Shown here piece by piece: positions 59,805 through 64,000 of a stretch of 64,000 nucleotides of DNA. The stretch comes from an uncultured Thermodesulfobacteriota bacterium (GTDB taxonomy: Bacteria > Desulfobacterota > WTBG01 > CAIYCZ01 > CAIRTM01). The notes under the pieces are model-generated. The model was not told the DNA's origin. It saw nothing but the letters and a program-made list of their open reading frames with translations, and did not search any database. Within the stretch, counting starts at the first letter, position 1; each line of letters starts with the position of its first letter. The position numbers were made by a program, and so were the translations under genes. Location of the stretch: assembly GCA_964621615.1 (NCBI GenBank), contig CAZUMW010000002.1, positions 64,286-128,285 of the forward strand, read 5' to 3'.

Positions 59805-60749
59805 ATGACACAGATACCCGAACCGGAGGATCGGCATAACCGTGCCGGTACCGCAGGGCGCCTTAAAGGAAATCTGGCGGCCCTTTTCCGCCGAAAACCG
59901 AAACAAAAGGTGCTGGTTGTGGAAGGCGGTGGCATGCGTGCGATATTTGCCATCGGCGTGCTGCAGGCATTTCATGATGCGGGGTTTTTCCCCTGGAAGC
60001 TTATTCTCGGCACGTCGGCCGGCGCTATGGCGGCGGTCGCCTATGCCGCCAGGAAAATACAGGTTGTACGGGATGCGATGTTCATGCACCTGCTTTCCGG
60101 TGAATTTATAACGGTTTCGAACCTGCTGCGCCCGTCCAGGCATGTGATCGATCTTGACGGTATCATCGAATGCATTTTTGAAGCAGGGGACTCTTTCCAG
60201 CCCGCACTGAAAAAAAGCTGCCCGGTTTTGATCTCGGCCACCTGTTTTTATGATGACCGCCCCCCCGGGGTTTTGTTTCTGAACAGCAGGAACGATGACC
60301 TGAGGGCCGCCTTGAAATCCACATCCGCCCTGCCGGTTTTATATAAGGAATTTGTCCACTACAAAGGGCATCAACTGCTGGACGGGGGCATCGTTGCACC
60401 CGTTCCCTACCCAAAAGCCGTCGAGCTCGGCTTTCGCGAAAAAGACATTGTGGTAATAACAACGAGAAAAAAAGGCTACAGAAAAAAAACGGTTTCCTTC
60501 AGCGAGCGGATTATCTATGAGACCTTTTTTAAAGACGACCAATACCGCTTCCTGCTCAAAGCGCTCTATGAGCGTCCCGCTGCATATAACAGCGCGCTCG
60601 ATGATCTTGAACAAAACCACGTCGATATAAGGGTGATTTACCCCCCGGCTGATTTTTCCGTAGAGCGACTTACCAAAGAGGCCGGCAAAACCATGGCAGG
60701 ATTTGTCCAGGGCGTGCAGGCAGGGAACCGGTTTCTTCAAAATTTATAG
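59805..60749 (+). CDS. Patatin-like phospholipase
   Basis: Oxyanion 'VEGGGMRAIFAIGVL', nucleophile 'GTSAGAMAAV' (GxSxG) and 'DGG' catalytic Asp motif. Confidence 0.7.
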   Translation: MTQIPEPEDRHNRAGTAGRLKGNLAALFRRKPKQKVLVVEGGGMRAIFAIGVLQAFHDAGFFPWKLILGTSAGAMAAVAYAARKIQVVRDAMFMHLLSGEFITVSNLLRPSRHVIDLDGIIECIFEAGDSFQPALKKSCPVLISATCFYDDRPPGVLFLNSRNDDLRAALKSTSALPVLYKEFVHYKGHQLLDGGIVAPVPYPKAVELGFREKDIVVITTRKKGYRKKTVSFSERIIYETFFKDDQYRFLLKALYERPAAYNSALDDLEQNHVDIRVIYPPADFSVERLTKEAGKTMAGFVQGVQAGNRFLQNL

Positions 60750-61221
60750 TGACGGAACTTGAATTGTGTAAAAATTTGGAGGAAACAAAGGATCTCTGGT
60801 GATTTACAATACTTCATTTTTTTTGCAAGGCTGGATCTGCGGTCTGTTTCTCTCAAAAATGTGCACAATTCAAGAACTGGATCTGTTTGGAACATCTCAT
60901 AGATAAGGAAGAGGCACACTTTTCTTATTGTAAGGATTTAAAAAAACGAGATTGCTTCATCGTTACACTCCTCGCAATGACGGTTTTTTTTGACTTTTTA
61001 TGACGTTAAAAAATATCAGTTACTTTAGAAAAGGGGTCATTTTGTAATCTCCGGAAAAGCCCATATTCGATGCGCTTCTTTGCGTTGTATAAAAAATTAT
61101 TTTGACATGGCTGCCCCCTGGTTTTACACATATTGACTGAAAGCCTCTGCTGGTATATGCTGTTCAGCATAAAACCGTCATAACCGCACAGCCCAAAATT
61201 ACAGCACGCTCACCTATCGGA

Positions 61222-63999
61222 ATGCCGCTGCAACTATATACCAGCAACAGGCTTGAAGCGCTTGCCCGACGTCTGGCAGATGTGCTCAGCACGCCGCCGG
61301 GAAGGGTTTTTGAGCCGGAATGTATTGTTGTGCAGAGCAAAGGGATGCAGCGCTGGCTTTCTCTGCAGATAGCCGGATACAGTGGAATCTGTGCCAACGT
61401 CGAATTTCCGTTTCCCAAAGCATTTGTTTCACGTATGTTTTCCCGCCTGACCGGTGCTTCGGAAGAGATGCCGTTTGCCCCCCCGATTATGACCTGGCGC
61501 ATTATGAAACTGCTCCCCCAGATTATAGACCATAAGGACGGCGCCCCGCTTAAACACTATCTTGCCGGAGATGCCGGCGATGTAAAGCTCTATCAGCTGA
61601 GCGAAAAAACGGCATCGGTGCTGGACGATTATCTGGTATACCGCCCCGATATCATTACTGCATGGGAGCGCGGCGAAAGCACCGCTTCCGCCGGGGAGCA
61701 TGAGCGGTGGCAGTCCCGCCTGTGGCGTCTGCTCGTCGAAGACACACGGCAAACCGGAGCAGATCCCCTGCACCATGCAGCAATAAAGCAGCGCTTTGTG
61801 GAAGCGCTGCAGAATCCCGAAGCCCTCCGTCAGCTTCCCGAGCGGGTGTCCGTGTTCGGCATACCTGCCCTCCCCCCCTATTATCTGGAAGTGCTGCTTG
61901 CTCTTGCCGAACACATACCGGTTTATCTGTTTTACCTGAACCCCTGCAGCGAATACTGGCAATTTGCCTATCCGGAAAAGAAAATAATCAAGCAGCAGCC
62001 GGAACCAGGCCCCGAACATGACCTGCACCTTGAAACGGGCAACAGCCTTCTTGCCTCGTTAGGGGAAAGCGGCAGGGAATTTTTTACTCTGGTAATGTCT
62101 GCTGTCGGCGATACGGGAGAGCAGCTGTTTGAAGACCCGGGCAGGACAACCCTTCTTGCACAGGTCCAGTCAGACATTCTGAGGATGCGCAACCCGGCAC
62201 AGGAAGGCATCGGCCCCAGAACGATAAACAGCGATGACCGGAGCGTGCGGGTGTACTCATGTCACACCCCCATGCGGGAAGTGGAAGTGCTGCACGACAC
62301 ACTCCTGTATCTGTTTGAAACCTGCCCGGAGCTGAGACCCAACGACATCGCGGTAATGATGCCCGACATACATACGTATGCCCCGCTGGTACAGGCTGTT
62401 TTTGATACCCCCGAACAGTCACACGCGCGCATACCCTATACCATTGCCGACCGCGCTCTGAAAAACACAAGCACGGTTGCCGACGCATTTCTGAAAATAC
62501 TGACACTTGACCGGGAACGATTCCGGGCGACAGCGGTTCTCGACATACTGGAAACCGCTGCCGTCAGGAAAAAATACGGCCTGTCTGAAACCGATCTTCC
62601 ACTGATTGCCGGCTGGGTTGAGAAAACGGGTATACGATGGGGGGCCGATGCAGACTATAAGCAATCCCTGGGGCTGCCGTCGTTTCATGAGAACACCTGG
62701 CGCTTCGGACTTGAGCGGATGATTCTCGGACACGCCCTGCCCGAGGCAGACCCGCCGCAGGTTTTTTCAGGGGTGCTTCCCTACGGTGATATTGAAGCAG
62801 AAAGCGCGCTGGTGCTCGGCCGCTTTGCGGCCTTTGTGGATGACATGATCGATATCGCCCAAAGGGCCGCTGAAAGCCGGTCCCCGGCGGGATGGCAGGA
62901 TTTTTTAACCGATGTGCTCAGCCGCGTTTTCACGGACGATAGCGCTACAGAGCAGGAAACCGGCAGAATACGCGCGGCGCTTGAACAAAACGGTTTTGCA
63001 GGCAGCGCCCGTGCGGCCGGTTTCTCCGATCCGATATCAAGTGACGTTATGCTGACCAGGCTTTCCCGGTGCTTTGAGGACAGCGCTGCCCCGCGCGGGT
63101 TCATAAGCTCGGGTGTGACGTTCTGCACCATGCTTCCGATGCGCAGCATTCCGTTTAAGGTGATCTGTGTGCTGGGGATAAACGACGGCGATTACCCGAG
63201 GCAGGCGCAGCGATGCGGATTTGATCTCATGGAGCGGGAGCACCGGCTATGTGACCGGTCAAAACGACTTGAGGACCGGTACCTGTTTCTTGAAATACTG
63301 CTTTCAGCCCGGGAAAAACTGATTCTGAGCTATCTGGGACAAAGCATCAAGGACAATACGCCGATGCCGCCGTCCCCGGTTGTTGCCGAGCTGCTCGATT
63401 ATATAGACATCCATTACCGCTTCAGCGACGGAAAAGCGCCGCGGCGGCGTGTGCTGGTACCGCAGCCTCTTCAGCCGTTCAGCAGGCGCTGCTTTTCAAA
63501 AAATGCGGATGTACCCGGGTACTCAGCAGAGAATTTCAGAGCCCTTACAGCAGTACAGCAACAGGGATCAGGGCACGGAGCGTTTGCTCCGGAACCGGTG
63601 CCCACAGGTGCCGACAGCTCCGGAGAACAGGTAACGATTAAACAGCTTCTTTCGTTTTTTTCAAATCCGGCCGCCTTTTTTGTCCGCACCCGCCTCAATG
63701 CGCGAATGGATCTGGATGAGCAGTCGCCGTTTGAAGACAGCGAGCCCTTTGCTCTGGAAGGGCTTGAGCGATATGGCCTCGGTCAGGATCTGCTTGAGCG
63801 CTGCCTGAGCGGGCACTCCATAGAACAGATTGCACCGGTAGTAAAAGCCGCGGGCATTCTTCCGCACGGTTCTCCGGGGGATACGGAGTTCCGGCGCATG
63901 GTTCATGAGATAACGCATTTTGCCGATCTGGTGAAAACCATGACTGCCGGGGGCCGCCCGGCGCCGCAGGAGGCTGACGCGGTGTGTGACCGTGTTGGA
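61222..63999 (+). CDS. recC: Exodeoxyribonuclease V gamma subunit RecC, N-terminal ~925 aa (continues past the window end)
   Basis: 'LQLYTSNRLEALARRLADVL...FEPECIVVQSKGMQRWLSLQIAGYSGICANVEFPFP' matches the RecC N-terminus. The reading frame stays open to 64000. Confidence 0.7.
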   Translation, partial: MPLQLYTSNRLEALARRLADVLSTPPGRVFEPECIVVQSKGMQRWLSLQIAGYSGICANVEFPFPKAFVSRMFSRLTGASEEMPFAPPIMTWRIMKLLPQIIDHKDGAPLKHYLAGDAGDVKLYQLSEKTASVLDDYLVYRPDIITAWERGESTASAGEHERWQSRLWRLLVEDTRQTGADPLHHAAIKQRFVEALQNPEALRQLPERVSVFGIPALPPYYLEVLLALAEHIPVYLFYLNPCSEYWQFAYPEKKIIKQQPEPGPEHDLHLETGNSLLASLGESGREFFTLVMSAVGDTGEQLFEDPGRTTLLAQVQSDILRMRNPAQEGIGPRTINSDDRSVRVYSCHTPMREVEVLHDTLLYLFETCPELRPNDIAVMMPDIHTYAPLVQAVFDTPEQSHARIPYTIADRALKNTSTVADAFLKILTLDRERFRATAVLDILETAAVRKKYGLSETDLPLIAGWVEKTGIRWGADADYKQSLGLPSFHENTWRFGLERMILGHALPEADPPQVFSGVLPYGDIEAESALVLGRFAAFVDDMIDIAQRAAESRSPAGWQDFLTDVLSRVFTDDSATEQETGRIRAALEQNGFAGSARAAGFSDPISSDVMLTRLSRCFEDSAAPRGFISSGVTFCTMLPMRSIPFKVICVLGINDGDYPRQAQRCGFDLMEREHRLCDRSKRLEDRYLFLEILLSAREKLILSYLGQSIKDNTPMPPSPVVAELLDYIDIHYRFSDGKAPRRRVLVPQPLQPFSRRCFSKNADVPGYSAENFRALTAVQQQGSGHGAFAPEPVPTGADSSGEQVTIKQLLSFFSNPAAFFVRTRLNARMDLDEQSPFEDSEPFALEGLERYGLGQDLLERCLSGHSIEQIAPVVKAAGILPHGSPGDTEFRRMVHEITHFADLVKTMTAGGRPAPQEADAVCDRVG

Positions 64000-64000
64000 G

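Noticed and set aside
1-64000. CRISPR arrays and cas genes, rRNA/tRNA genes, full-length IS/transposase or integrase genes
   Set aside because: Scanning the intergenic regions showed no regularly spaced direct repeats and no rRNA or tRNA-like conserved blocks. No ORF had transposase or integrase motifs. The only mobile-element-like feature is the ORF-less 194-bp insert in the MCP gene.

Overview
This is a GC-rich (~58%) bacterial chromosomal segment that looks deltaproteobacterial (sulfate-reducer-like). The gene content mixes core metabolism with accessory clusters.

In window order:
- **1-3.8 kb:** a five-gene NAD-reducing bidirectional [NiFe]-hydrogenase operon (hoxF partial, hoxU, hoxY, hoxH, hoxW), followed by a CheY-like response regulator.
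- **4.9-6.6 kb:** an MltD-like lytic transglycosylase with three LysM repeats.
- **7-13.3 kb:** two convergent hybrid histidine kinases, one PAS-rich and one with a Cache sensor.
- **13.5-15.7 kb:** a methyl-accepting chemotaxis gene split by a ~194-bp hairpin-rich insertion flanked by 8-bp direct repeats.
- **15.8-18.8 kb:** an arsenic-resistance operon (arsR, acr3, a Tat-signal C_GCAxxG_C_C/CxxCH redox protein, arsC).
- **19-27 kb:** housekeeping and accessory genes, including a SagB-like protein, an AhpD-like protein, a SpoIID domain protein, bioA and a stand-alone mdcA-like gene.
- **27.0-37.8 kb:** a ten-gene minus-strand operon with partly overlapping genes, the most unusual part of the window. 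It encodes two small amphi-Trp-like proteins that both end in Glu, a CofD/YvcK-like protein, an HPr-kinase-like P-loop protein, a RimK-like ATP-grasp ligase, a PhoU-aminoglycoside-phosphotransferase-like kinase fusion, a PHP phosphoesterase, a vWA protein, a ChlI/MoxR-like AAA+ ATPase and a CooC-like ATPase. It resembles the computationally defined but experimentally uncharacterised 'GAK' neighbourhood (GRASP ligase / amphi-Trp / kinase).
- **43-54 kb:** a biosynthetic cluster centred on a 1788-aa NRPS-like enzyme with domains F, partial C, A, T, T, Ox, Ox. It is flanked by methyltransferases, a glycosyltransferase, a PP-loop amidotransferase and a free-standing CAT/E2-like acyltransferase.
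- **54 kb to end:** a YhaN/YhaO (SbcCD-like) pair, a patatin and the start of recC.
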